A DNA stretch of 64,000 nucleotides from Phoronis australis (GCA_002633005.1 NMRA01000183.1:435553-499552), one strand, 5' to 3'. Counted from the stretch's first letter, positions 37,968 through 51,753 are shown. The notes: generated by a model not told the origin, from the sequence alone. Translations and numbers: made by a program.

Positions 37968-40900
37968 CTGCATTTGTCAAGAGTAGAAAGCAAGTTTACA
38001 CATAAAGATGACCACAGTGGCTTAACTGAATATACTCTCATTCTGCACTATCAACTCAAGCTCACGTGCCTACACGGACCGTTTCACAAACTCGTCACAC
38101 ACGACAAAGATTCATTCCACACAGTGTCCCCATCCCGTTTACAAAGCCAATAGTTATACACTTATTTTCCCAAAATCACTAAACAAAAGTACATGCACAA
38201 CAACTAAACGGTGCTAGTGTACACATGCATACTAGGGTATTTCCCTTAAACTGTTCCGTAAAACGCATTCTTTGTAGTTGAAATCTCGCCAATCTCCTCA
38301 GGAGTACATGTACCTGAAAAACACACAAAAACTGGATTACTCAAATTTGATCATCAATAAATGTGGCAACAAATAGGAAAGCCCTTACTCCGAGGTTCGA
38401 AGTCTTCACATAGAAAGTCAGTGATAGCAGTGAAACAAAACTCGAAGAAGACGATAGAAGCCTTTTCCGTGAAAGAACGAAAGTAGCCTTCCGCATGCCT
38501 TCATGTGAGGACGACCAGAGTTACGAATGGTTTCTCGTGCTATGACGACAACATACACTGCCGGTCGGGCCGCGTCAGCTGCGGTGCTGCATCATCCTCC
38601 CGAAATGACATATAAACACAGTTCTGAATGGTTCCCAGTTTATATTAACAGGTGTACGCAGTATAAAATAGGTCAGGTATGACAACTTCGCAACTTTTCT
38701 TTGTGTGATGCGTCATGTACAGTGTATATTACTATTACCTTCCATTACATACCATTAAATATGGCACTCTAATTTCAACCCATGTCCAGTCATTAAAAGT
38801 CCATATTTTAAATGGCAGACAAGGCAGCGAGGTGTGCCCAAAAGTCGTTGTAAAATGTCTTGATTTTTGTCAAATGTCAAGTGATCCCATCACCAAATGG
38901 GGTTTACCAGGTTAACGTTATAATTAAGTTCCCCGGGTGCTCGTTTACGCTGTTCTGTTATTATGAAAACTGCTATTATGTGTGCGTCACCTACCACGGT
39001 AATGTCGTTAATTAATAGACCGTGACTGTATCTTATAACCCGACATTTGTTAAAGGCCTTTCCACAGATAGTTTTCTTTCTAAAATTATACGCCATGGCC
39101 TCAGTGTATGGAAGGCGGCTTGATTCCATTCACCATGAGATATTTTTCAAATCGTAAGCTATACTCATATAGGTATCCGAGGTTATTGCATCACCGGATG
39201 AAAATTCAAATAGTGGGTGCGCGGCAACGAATAGAGGGAAAACCAAGGTATAATACGAAACCGATTAAGGGTGTGCTACTACTGTAGGTGAACATGTTGG
39301 CACTGTTAGAAATCGAAATGCCGCAACTGCACAAACGCTCGTAACACTCAAATATTAGCTGATCCACTTCACATTCCTAATGCGCATGCCCAGAAGCCCA
39401 AAAAGTGTGCGTGAACGTATGAGATACGGAGTGGGTGCAATAACGAAGGTTCTTGTTTACTTTGGTTCTGTTTAGTCAGATGAAAGCATCTGTTTGAGGG
39501 TGAAATATCTGTAAAATTCCCCTGGCAACTAGGTGGGTGGACGCGATGTTGTCAACGTTATGTGTGTTTAACTGATGACTGGAAATGTGTGTGTATTTTT
39601 TTACGCCGAGTCATCAATTGAAATAGAGCATAGGGTCGGGGACATAACATGTCCGGGCCACGCCTTGAATACAAATGCTACCACATCAATTGTGAATGCC
39701 TTTAATTGAATCAGAGGATTTCGTCGACCGGAAGTTTAACCAAGAGATAAATTCTCTACATGTGAAACAAAATACTCATGCTGACAAAACTTTGATACGT
39801 TGATAACAATATTTTTTCTAGTTGCACTACGTATTAAAGGTAATACAAGCTTCTGAAGAAGATAGTTATTTTTATAGAATTTTTGCGGCGAATTGTTTCA
39901 TGTCTGATTTAGACGCTCTTCATGTACTCTTATTTAATGGAGCAATTTATGCTGACGCTTCTATGGGATTTTTAACAAGTTTCATTGATTGCATGAAAAG
40001 AACAGTCACATTATGGTGAAGTTGTAATTCTGTACGTGGACTTTCATGTAAATAGTCTGGAACATATGTCTATAATAACCTCGTGGATCACTTGAAATTT
40101 TGCATACCCTCGCGTCCGACAAAAAATAGAGACTCTCTTGGTAAATGATACATTAATGATCTGTAAGGTCAAATTTATTCATAATGGATATATCAGAAAC
40201 CAAAGTCTCTTTTAGGTATTTTCCAAGTAGTTGCGGATATGTGATGCTTGATGGTAGAATTATCTTTAAGTTTTTTTTTTCTCAATCATGGATTAAGGAA
40301 ACAAATTACTTTTCAATTTTGCAAATATATCCAAACGCTAAGAGGCTAGATGTTGTAAATTGCAAAAAGCATTGAAAATCGGAATGCCTGAAATTGGTCG
40401 TTCGAAATTTCAAAAGTATTGTAGTTGAATTGTTTTCAAAAACCTTTCACATTTGGCACATAAAAATGCCATTTAAATTATCGTCTTAATAGAGCCATCA
40501 CTTTCTACAATAACTGCGTTTTCAAAAATTCAAAGACAACCACAATGAACAGAAAACTTTTCTCTGAATCAAAATGTTGACGTATTTTAAAAAAGTAGGT
40601 CTAAGTCGGATCAAATTATCAGAAACCCGTTTCTTATTTCAAAAATACGCTAGTTAAACTATCTGATGACAAGCCCGGTATATCAGGGTGAAATTTAATT
40701 GTTGGTGAGTGAGACACTCGGTGCCAATACTTTCAGACACCAGATTTTTCTGAAGACCTTTTTACTGCAAATTATTCAATGAACATCCAAACACATTATC
40801 ACTAAAACAATACAGTGATACATAAGACCCTCGAGAAGGGCTGTACGTAAGGAGTCGAATAAATCAGTTTAATAAATAATAAAGTGAAAGAGCAATAAGC

Positions 40901-42470
40901 GCATGGTGGAACCAAAAACTATACACAAAGACAATGGAGATCAAATACACAGAAATTTGGCTACCGTGCTCGCCAAACCACCAACAACATACCTCCCAAG
41001 AACCTTGGCTTGTGTGCTAGCGCACGCACTGGCAAGACACTGATTCACAATACCCCCTTTACCAGGAACGTTAGAAAACGCCCAGCTACTGTAGAGAGAT
41101 CGTCTACGAAAGCGATTAAATACTTTCGGTAAGTACAAGACTAACACCGACTACTCCAATATGTAATTCGCTATAACGAGGCCCGGGTGTTGGCATCCCG
41201 TTCGTCGGACAAGAAAATCTCCGAAACGCCTGCGCGGACAACCACCCCGCCCGACGCCTCCTTCCCTTTCGTACCCGTGACGCCAAAGCGCCAAGTTTTG
41301 CGTCAGAAAATCCTACGCATGTTTTTTTCTTCGTTTTCTTACCGAGTCGTGGCTCCACTCTGTCAATCTCGATTAAGGAGTGTAGTACACTAGGAGGTTC
41401 CACTCTCTCATCTTGGCATTCGACCCAAGCGGTGAACGTTCGAAACAATACAATTACTGTGTGATGAAAAATGGGTAAAATGCGTATATTTACATTCACT
41501 TATAACCAAATGAGAATAAAATGTGTGTTTTAGTCAATATTAATAAACAGTAAGTTTTTTTGCTTTCATTCTCTTGAAGCTTCCTTCATGAAACTGGCCC
41601 ATGACCTTGGTCCATCTTGGAGTTTTTAATAACTAAAGGCAAATTGCAATTGTTAATTACACCACCTGCACGGACTACTGTACATACTTTTAGTAATTGC
41701 TACTGGTGGTTCATGGGGGTAGTTGTCTCCAGTTGCTGAAGGTAGGAGGGGGGTACATGGGAGGAGTGCAAAACAGCGGTAAAAACCTGGTGGGCGTCAA
41801 TTGGGTGTACATGGGCGGAGCGCAAATTAGGAAAAAACCAAGGGGTGTACCACATTGGTGTTGAGCCAATCTCATCGTCACAAACTTTGATTGCAAGATA
41901 ACCCCTCAGACCCTGACAACATGTGCTGAGGCGATGATAAGATTTGACCCTCTTTTTGTGGCAATCTCCAACGACTTTTTGCAGTGATTGGTGGTCATGC
42001 TCCTGTGGTTATGGTAGCACCATCCTGGGATAGGATTTAGGGCCGCGCCCTGCATCATTGGCGAATAGAAGTTTTCATTGACGCTCTGGTGTTACATCGA
42101 CATTTCACCGAGACCCACAAATTACCTAACTTGACTTACAGATAGATTTGAGGCCCTGTGGATGTGACTATGACCGTCAACGTTCATACTGACCCATGGC
42201 CATGATTATGTACATGTACGTTGTTCTATCACTGCGATAGTTCGGGTGATTCACATGTTGACATTTTGACACACGAAATAAAAGACAATTGATATTATTA
42301 AATACATGTAACAAATAATCCTTGCCTTTCTGGATCCTTAGGCAACGTAAACATGCCAGTTCTGGTGTTTTCGTGCAATATTTGTTGCGCTGCAGAAGGC
42401 GCCCTTTCCCGTTGTTCCCGCGCTTCGTACTCGAACATTGCAACAACAGTGAACAGACGGCTGAACAGTC

Positions 42471-42669
42471 CAGTGGGGGATTAAGGGGGGGGGGGCAAGG
42501 GGGCCATGCTCCCCTAAAATTCTCCCAGATTCCATTTGGCAGTTTGGGGTTCACCAACCCAAAAATTCGAGACCCCCTACATTTTAGGCTGGGGCTCGCA
42601 TGAGGCGAAATTCTGGTTATTCCTGTGCCCTGCCCCCCAACCCAACTCAAAATCCTGGATCCGCTCCTG
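42471..42669. mobile_element. MITE (CAGTG..CCTG family), copy 1
   Basis: Shares CCCCTAAAATTCTCCCA.ATTCCATTTGGCAGTT with the copy at 52295 and ACTCAAAATCCTG.AT.CG with the copies at 52295 and 53268; flanks CAGTC/CTGTC. Confidence 0.8.
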
Positions 42670-44899
42670 CTGTCCTACATTATAGTAAACTATTCTCGAT
42701 CCAGCGTACCCGCTTCTTTCTTGGAGCCAGACTCAGTGCCATTCAGAGGTATTCATCCGCCGCCTGCATTACCGTTTACGCCAATTATGTTGCGTGTTCA
42801 ATGTTACGCGGTAAGTGAAATTGATGAAACGAGTGAAGTGAATGTGCGGTCTCGCTTTTTACACGCATTCATTAGTCATCGCGTAAAAGTGTACTCCGTG
42901 TGCATCGGTCATGTCCATTCACATATTTCAAAACCACGAGGACTGGGCTGTGGGAGCTCCTCCGTTACTCTTCCCGTTAAAAAAATTTTTTCATTAAAGG
43001 GAAGTGGCCAAGATCGCAACCTTGATTCCAGTCTTTAGTACATAGGTACAGCTATGTCCGGTCTACGTCTGTTTATTGCAAACGTTGACGTAATGTCTGT
43101 TTTGTGCTCCAAACAGTGGTGCAAAGGCGTGATTTGTGACGAACTTCTGGGACACTTCCAACAAGTGTTACTTTTACATGTAATGATTCAATTACCCGCT
43201 GTCTCTAACGTTGTAACTGATGATTCTGTAACTGAATCTCCATTTTTAGCTCGAATCAACTTCAACTGACTTTATTCTCAACTAACTGTCACTAACTTCT
43301 GCTTGGATATTTATACATGTAGTCTCTTTTAGTGTTCAATCACATTCTACCCAATCATTCTACAAACGACTAAAGTGGTACAGAATATCATTTCCTGGGC
43401 ACTTTCTTTTAATGGCTAAAAGTTTTATAGTTGTCAAATAGCATTTTTACTTCTAAAATCACATTCTTGTTTTCATGTGTGACACTTTCATGGTGTTACT
43501 ACGTAATTGGCGTTCTCCACAACTGAACATCCGTCGTAAAGGCAAAACCGGACTCGACCTGTTAGTCATTCATCGTTATGAGCAAACACAAATTGTGTAT
43601 GTTGCATGTTACCCAGACCTGACGGGAACACCTGTTGAAGTGAGAGGTTATAACTGGTAGTGGAGAACACTGATATGTCAAAATGTATTCCAACTGTGAT
43701 TGAATTTACTTTATTTTTCTTTTCTCTTTTACGTGTGGCTAGTTACTACAAAAACAACTCAAGATTGGAAATGTCTTTTTTAAATAATTGATTAAAAATG
43801 TCGATAACTGTTCTAAAACTTCATCTTCATAATACATGTAGGAAAAGATGACCCTTTAAGAATTATATCTGACGTCTACCAGTCCGAAGAACGTTGACCT
43901 ATTCTCCGAACACGACACACCTGTGAGCTGCTCATTCAACACAGGCTTATCGTGACTGATATATAGGGATTCCAAAATCTTTAACCAAAATGTGCCATCT
44001 TCAACGCATGGTATTGTCTACTCCTTCTTGCCTATTTACTTTCGGCCATACTGGTGTAGAAAATGATCTTGAATGGGTCCTTCCTGTAAGCGGATAGACA
44101 ACCGACGCGAGAGGGAACACACCGTGTTTCAAATTCTGTTCAAGAAAATGAAGACAAAGACATTCTTCCATATGACATGCGAATTGGTGAACAACATTAC
44201 ATTTGGCCACTGATCGTAGTCTTTCACGACTGGAATTGTTTTTCAATATAAGGTGACGTGTCTGTATACCTTCCTTCCTGCTGTCACCGTGTATTTCGCT
44301 GTGCAATTCACTTATGACCTGATGATGGATAGGCCTACGTAGTGTGGAAATATAGCTAAATGTATTAATTTGTTTGATTGCTATGTCTCTCGGTGTTTTG
44401 CACAACTGAAGAAAGGAGATTGTTTCGGGGCTACAATGCATCAAACTATCAAATGAAAAGTTTAGTCGTGTTTTCAATGAGGTTTGAGTTAACGAAGGAC
44501 TGCTATGGGACGATACTGATTCATGAATACATCAGTACGTATGAATTTGATGTATGATAATAAAGACCCATTCCGTGAATGTAGGTCGTGGTATTATCAC
44601 CATCACATCTGTGTAAGGCGAAATAACAATAAAAATGAACGTTCAATAAAATAAGAAATGCGATATTTAAGATCAAAAAAATGGTGACGACAATACCAAA
44701 TGATATTTAAAAAACATTTACAAAAGCACAGCTTGTACGTGATATTTTTTGTTTCGTACTTTAAGCACGTATCACCAGGGCAAATTCTCATGTCTGGTGG
44801 AAACACAGCAGAAACTGAGTCCCGTACACCAGATGGTACCCAAAATTCAACGACATTCTCATTGCCCAGGTTCAATAGTTACGCCTCACTAGGTGTACT

Positions 44900-46150
44900 T
44901 ACAGTGTGCTGTAAAGCTCCACGGCTATATCTAGACGCATGATCACGGATTTTTTCCAACCCCCTCTTGTGTCTGTGTCCTTCAGTTGCAGTTTCAATCG
45001 TAATTTTTATTATTTCTTGTGGTGCTTTTGCCATTGAATCAAGGGTATTGCTTCTCGACATGCGCTTTGTTAGCATATGTACTTTCCAGGACATTAAAAA
45101 TAATCAGCAAATGGTGTTATTTCTGTGGTTCACTATTTAATGTATGTAGTGAATGTCCTTGGACCAACTCCATACTGCTCAGATAAATGTGATTTTTTGA
45201 TGGTACTGTAGTAATAAACAAAATTTATGGTTACTGCCATATTTCTTATTTTCCAACTGAAAATCGAGTGTATAGTTAAATGTAGTGTAACCGAACCATT
45301 AGAGATGATATTAACCCACATTCCATCAATGATAAATTAACTTTGATTTACAACACTTTACACTAAAAACATTTTATTCGGTATTTTATTGAGATGAAAA
45401 GCAATTTCTGTGCTTGCAAGGAATTGAAATTTGGTTTGTACTCTTGTAAGCTCGCAGGTCACACGACATACACGTACCTTGTCACGCCATCTCGTTGAGC
45501 CTTGTCACGGCAATCTACATGTATAATTAATTTGTCAGTTCTCGCAGGCCACATGACATACCTCGTCTTGCCATCTAGTTGTGCGTGCGCATGTGCCCAA
45601 AGATTTGGCTACAAGCATTCCCCAATGGCATAATCGCCAGTTCATCGATTACACCAACGGAAAAGTGTCACAACTTGCACACAACGAAATTTCCCACGAC
45701 TATGTATTGCCATAGCAAATAAGGGGAAGTGTTCTGTCTTGTGAGAGAAAAGTCGGCGAAGTGAAGAATTGTTGACGAATTGTTTTTATTTTTGGAATTT
45801 GAAACTGAAGAAAAATGCTTTAATATCAATATAAACTCAAAATCTTTCTGAAAAGATCGTGAAAATACTTGAGGAACAGCTTGACGTCTGTTTCAGTGGT
45901 AAAGCACCACTTTGTTCTTCTCGTTCTACATGTATGAGACATTAAAAGTGGGTCTGCACTCCTGCTTTTGGAATATGAAAATTTTCTGCAATCCGGCTTA
46001 AGCGGTCTATGCAAGCACACTCTTGTAACTAGGAAAGCTTGCCCCTTTTGTAGGAACATCCACTCCTTATAGAAGATACTTCTTACATTGTTGTGACAAA
46101 TTGGACTGTTGTAACAATTTGGATCTGCAGCCCTGATCCAAGTTGTCACA
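44900..46150 (-). mobile_element. Highly decayed CR1/L2-like LINE fragments
   Basis: ICHNNVRS (APE motif I-like), YGVGPRTFTTYIK (like GPLLFxxYIND) and SWKVHMLTKRMSRSN (like W..HI..L.KKLS) occur in the right order on the minus strand. Confidence 0.5.
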
Positions 46151-49089
46151 GTTACGACGTTGCGACATTTTGATAATTAGACCTGCACACAGCATCCTGT
46201 AACGGTGGAGTATAGCACGTTCTTAGTATTTGACTGCATTCATCCTGCTTTTTGAAATGCCTCTGTGGTTTGTATAAAAAGAGGGTTGAAAGATTGTTTT
46301 ATATCTAAAAGTAGGCCTAAAGACAAAGTGCAAAGACAAACACCGTTGGGTACTGCTTACCGTGGCGTTGCTTGGAGGACAGAAATCACACTGGAACGAC
46401 TCCAAGACAATTGAGACAACGGCCGAGGGAAGGACCAAAACAGATGGAGGTGACAAAAAACTGCTGATGACCAGGTGGCAGTGATAATCCAGGTTATGCA
46501 ACTGAGTGGATACTAGGGCCAGTGTATAGACTACAGGTATCACAGGTTGTAGATTAGAAAGAGGGCAAATACGGAATGCACATTTTGGCATTAGGTATAA
46601 ATCTCCATCTCGCCTTACCTTTGGATGGTAATTGTAACTAATGTCATCTGTACGAATTCTAAAACTCCAAGACCGGAAATTGAACTCTTGGCAACATAGT
46701 TGTGTACCGAGAGCTTTGCAGCAGCCATTGCTTTAAAATAAAGTTACCAAGTATCTGGTTAATATGACATTGTGCTATCAAGTTCAAACTAAATGTAGGT
46801 AGACGCCTCCTTCAATTTGAGAAAGAGTTTCCTTGCTGGAGGACTACCTCACATTTTCTGACGTTTCTGCGCATGCGTTTTGAAAATTTTACGCCAAGTG
46901 TAAATTATAATCTAAGGCAAAAAATCGTTATAGAAATTACACTAATCGGAATTATGAAAGGTGTGCTATGGAATTTTACACATGTTGAACGTTTATAAAT
47001 TCTTAAACATTGTGTCGGCTAAAACAACATTAATAGCTACATAATTGTGTTGTATATTTATCTAGAATTCGGCTGATAAATGCTAAAGTGTAGTGTTAAA
47101 AATTCAACAGGGGTGATGTTCATACAGGTTTAGTCCAGACACGGAACAAAACTCCAAAAGAAATGGAGTCAGCCTTGGAGGAGCCGCGTTGACAATTACA
47201 ATCTTAAGGACCTACAGCCAGAAACGGGCAAGGTCAAAGGCCATGCCACCTTTAACCTCTAGTGTCTACGGAAATCATGATATCGTTTATCACATCACAT
47301 TCATCAGATGTAATACAAAATCAAGTGTTTCAGCTTAAACTATGGAGGTGCCGTTTGACATTAAAAAATTGGCGACAATTTTTATACCTAGCAATTTTAC
47401 AGCTTAAAAGTTCGTTCTGGGTTTGTCAGTATCTGGCAAAACAAAATACGCCTGTTGATTTCAAGTTTGACATTATGTTGACTGACTATTGAACAGTTGA
47501 AATTGTTTTTAATTGATCAATTTTGCCCAAAAGCAGAAGCTCAGAATTGTCTACCTGGCTATCCAAATAACAACAAAAAGAAACAATTTTACTTCGAATC
47601 TCCAACAGAAGTTTTCTAGAAATAACTCATCGTTAATACGTGTGGAAAGCTACAACTCGGTATCACCAATGATGTACATGACACAATCTTTATCGTAGCA
47701 TTCAATCATGTAGTCGGATGCGCAGTTCGGGCGCTCGACTAACTGGGGACAATATTTCCTAAGGCAATTTATTATAGGGTGACTCGAGGTGTGGACATGG
47801 TCTATTGATGTAGGTCATTGACTCATCAGCAAAGACATGCCACCTCGACAGTTTAACGGTATAGGCAGCCAATACTACTGGAGACTACATTATAAGCATG
47901 TAGGTATTTGACCTGAACAGGAAAATGAATTATTAGTGCAGTGACAGAAACATGCTTTATCACAGTTTTTGCATTTTAATTTTATCGCTCAAGTTCAGAT
48001 ATTGTTTGCGGATTTTCCTTGCAGAATTTCTCTTCTACATTCTAATCTCTACAAAATGACGTTTATTAGATTGTTTTTCGCTTAAGCGGCTGCAACGGGC
48101 AGGCAAGGTGACTGTCGGTTGACTCCCAGATTTTGTATGCATCCCGTCGGTCGTTGGCTCTACGATATAAGTTTCACGACGAGGCGACTTGCAGAACTCA
48201 TACCCGGGTTGTATGAAATTTTGTGATCTAACCATACGTTATAGCAAACAGATTCGCAGCTCCGACATTTTCTTCCAACCATGATTAGCAGACGACGCAC
48301 TTGCCGGAAGTAAAACGTACTATGTCTGTCAGGTGTCGCGGCTTATGCGTACTAAGATCACAGATTTCGTCCATTGAAAATACCGAGTTGGTGGTGGTCC
48401 ATGTACTGTAGTTTGTGGTCTAACGGAGCTCAATACGCAGTGTTAACTACATGTACTTTGGTGTGTTACTGTTCCTGCCCGTATCGGGAACCAAATCGGA
48501 ATATTCTGAGTGGGGCGTTCCCGTAATGGAATTCTGACACGAGCGACCCCTGTATATATTGATATATTTTGATTGAATTGAATACGTTAAATAGAATAGT
48601 GTTTGATTTTACTTTATTGCTGTTTCTATTGACAAAGGACGTTATTACATCCGAAAATTTCAGGTGATCCATTCTTGTTGTTTTCTTTACCTATATACAT
48701 TCTACATTTCGTGAAACAATAGTATCCTTGGGAGGATCTGGATCGCCTTATTTAGTTTCAGATTTATTTTCTACGTTATTAAATGTAATACAAATCCTTA
48801 TAGTTCGGTATGTCTTCATTTAATCAAAACTTTGTTTCATAGTTTTAATATATTACAGTTACTGACAAAGTTGTGTTTCCATTAAATTTTCAGTTGTTTG
48901 TGCAAGGTTAACCGAGTCTATATTGAAAATGGTGGCGACTACGGGTTGCAGGATTTCAAGTGGAATTATTTTGAAAATTAAGTTTCTAATAAAAAATTCG
49001 ATGACTTTGAATGTAATTTCTTTGTACGAAAAGATCAAGCTAATATATGTTGCAACTTTCCCACGTATTTTGCATCAAATTAAGCAGGC

Positions 49090-49400
49090 CTATTGTCGCC
49101 GATTCCAAAACGGCCACACTCGACACCGAGCTGTATCGGAATCGCTCAGCGTTCACACCTACATGTACGGCTTCAAAAAGACATGTCTAGACAGGTAAGA
49201 CAACTGGTTCAGGCGAGCTGTAAAGGAGGCAATATATGAGAGTGGAAAATCCCAGTTTAAGAAGACAAGGGGGCCTAAGATTTCTGTTACCAAAAACTTG
49301 GGATAGGGCGCTAAGGTGTATCGCACGCAAAATGTGCGATCGATCACATGATAGACACCGCAGCGGCCTGCCGAAGTCCTCGAGATGAGGACGCAACGTA
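49090..49400 (+). mobile_element. Penelope-like element 3' remnant (GIY-YIG C-terminus)
   Basis: Frame reads CLDR*DNWFRRAVKEAIYE, matching the Penelope LDRExxWFxRGxKEAIY motif; a degenerate hammerhead-like motif follows. Confidence 0.7.
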
Positions 49401-50084
49401 ATTAACTCAATCCGTAAGTCCAGTAATTGATTTATTTTTTTCATATTATTGTTATTTTAAAGCTGGCTAATGTATACGAGTTTTCGACGATTGCCAATAA
49501 GAAAGTCCTATTTTGTGATTGAAAACTGCAAAAGCGAAGGAACAACTTTTACCGCCCTGACATTAGTGAAGACAAGCGAATAGCTACTTCAAATCAAAAT
49601 AGGACACTTAAATCCTACTCTGGCATATTTTGGCTGTGATCACATTGATTTATCTGGCAGAAGATTAGCAGTTCTACACACAAGAAAAGAGAAGAACCCG
49701 TACACAGTACCACCGTCTCAGGTGGCCCCAGTGAATCCGGTAGTCATCCTATAGGTCCTCCGCCAGCCGGAATCTTTTCCGCGATTATGACTCACGCGGA
49801 TTAAACCGCTAAAGTGAACCATTTGCGCCTCAAGAGGCCGTTGATGTCATTAACTCTTCCCGGCTCGAGCAAATACTCCCGCGAATACCAAATGGGAGGA
49901 ATCTGGCCAAGCCACCATCCTGACAATTGTTTTTCTCATCGTCACATGTTAATTTCAAAACATATTCAGCGCATCTTTTGTATTTACACCGACAAATGCT
50001 ATTTGTCGCATTACAAACACTTCTATTGCAGTAAAATCTACAAAAAATACATGAAATGAATTCAAGACATTTTATGCAGAGAAT

Positions 50085-50090
50085 TTTATT
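50085..50090 (-). promoter_or_regulatory. Candidate polyadenylation signal of array-1 gene
   Basis: AATAAA on the minus strand about 114 nt downstream of the TAA at 50204. Confidence 0.55.
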
Positions 50091-50203
50091 GGCATCACAA
50101 AATGGTCGTACAATAAGCTCTTACGATCACCTTTGGTTATTTTGTACATGTTAAACACAAACTGACGTCACAAAGCGATGTTACAAAGGATGGTCTTCTC
50201 TTG

Positions 50204-50370
50204 TTAACACTTCACTTCATTTGGCGAATCGCAGGCGCACTTATCGACGTTGAACAAGGTTGTTCCGGGACAGTTTCTAAGAAAAGCATTTCCTGAATTT
50301 ATAGGCTCCTGCCGATACCGTCTGCAAGACTTCACTGGAGTGTAGCGATCACCGCTGCGATCACAGTATC
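50204..50370 (-). CDS. Array-1 terminal exon: chitin-binding type-2 (peritrophin-A/CBM14)-like domain
   Basis: TAG acceptor, phase 1; (R)YCDRSGDRYTPVKSCRRYRQEPINSGNAFLRNCPGTTLFNVDKCACDSPNEVKC*. CPxxxxFNxxxxxCDxPxxVxC is the ChtBD2 C-terminal signature. Confidence 0.85.
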
Positions 50371-50934
50371 CTACAAGTGTCATCATTGTAGTTTAAGAGA
50401 GTATAAACACACGTTTTGTACAAGAAGGGGATTGACTTTTGATTAGGAACACTTACCACTGAAAATTGGTTTGATCGTGCTCTAAACTTTGACGATTGGT
50501 TATTTCTGGATTTATAAGAAACCGACAATTCGTTCTTCATAGCTGAGACCACTCTCCGCTCATAAAATGACACGCCCTAACATGCAAAGTCGTCATAATT
50601 TTCACCGCCCCATCATCCTCACCAGCATAGTCCTTATCACCATCGTCGTCATCGTCTTCAGGATGATATCACCATACATCATAGTTGCCGTCATGATTCG
50701 TCAGTACAATGCTCGCAACAGCTGCTCAGTAGACTGTCAACTAACTGACCATTTATCTACCGATTCTTGCACTAGTACAGAAAACGAAATTTATTCACCC
50801 TTTAGTTCAGACATCTCTTTAGGACCTCTTGAAACACAGACATATGTACATGCAACGATACTTTCCTAACTGTAGGGCATTTTCTAAATCATCACGGCAC
50901 TGAAACAACGTAGATGCTTAGATGTAGTTCTTAC

Positions 50935-51030
50935 TTGTGGCCTGACATTTGTAGTTGCCAACGGTATTCACACACTTCTGTTTACTTAGATCACAAGAAT
51001 TAAGGTTGGGATCTCTGCATTCGTCAATGT
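50935..51030 (-). CDS. Array-1 exon 9: truncated (4-Cys) cbEGF
   Basis: CAG..GTAAG, 96 nt, phase 1-1; [32 protein letters not shown]. Confidence 0.88.
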
Positions 51031-51553
51031 CTGAAATAACATATGGATATTTGGTAGTTTCCGTGGCGTTTGCATAACGGATATCTTCATTCTAAGAATA
51101 AGATAGACTATGTTGACAATGTTATTTACAGTATCATGGCCTCTCATTGGTTAAAGTGATGACTGAAACCGACGTCATAACATTCAGTCATTTCCATTGG
51201 TTGAAATCTGGGAAACCCCCTTTCAGATTACTGTTACATACATGTAGTGCAGCGACCACCTTTGACACAAATACTTGCAATTTATTAAAACTGGCAGTAA
51301 TCGAAGTAAACAAAATCAAGGAAACCACGGATCCCGTTGCTAAGCCAAAAATAATTTAAAGTCCATAGAAGACTTTTGCAAGTGGTGGCGATGTGATCAA
51401 TAAACGTCCGACCAAGCATGCGCATTGATGCCCACACACGGGTGTGTCGTTTATCATGTTTCCACAGTGTCATTTTTGGAATTGGTGGCGCTCAGTGTCA
51501 GAGGGTATGAAATAGACATCAAGTTAGGATCACCGTAGTGAAATATAACGTTA

Positions 51554-51557
<4 letters not shown>

Positions 51558-51599
<42 letters not shown>

Positions 51600-51753
51600 N
51601 NNNNNNNNNNNNNNNNNNNNNNNNNNNNNNNNNNNNNNNNNNNNNNNNNNNNNNNNNNNNNNNNNNNNNNNNNNNNNNNNNNNNNNNNNNNNNNNNNNNN
51701 NNNNNNNNNNNNNNNNNNNNNNNNNNNNNNNNGTGTGTGTGTGTGTGTGTGTG
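51558..51753. repeat. (TG)n microsatellite spanning an assembly gap (N at 51600-51732)
   Basis: TG runs on both sides of the N block. Confidence 0.95.

Noticed and set aside
40663-40700. CTGATGA...GAAA hammerhead-like spacing
   Set aside because: Helix II does not close next to the core boxes, and no helix I or III is evident.
41116-41499. Basic ORF with RRAGWLSA, THAP-like
   Set aside because: No C2CH ligands or CSxHF motif in frame.
46360-46392. 30-nt minus-strand AG..GTAAG segment (CDFCPPSNAT)
   Set aside because: Stop in the phase-1 frame, and it lies in sequence resembling an RTE-type LINE remnant on the + strand.
47252-48911. TTAACC...GGTTAA flanks suggesting piggyBac
   Set aside because: The inverted match is only about 7 bp and no transposase motif is recognisable.
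50600-50700. Acidic reading (PEDDDDDGDKDYAGEDD) between EGF and chitin-binding exons
   Set aside because: In-frame stop just upstream and no usable acceptor; a degenerate GAT/CAT low-complexity tract.
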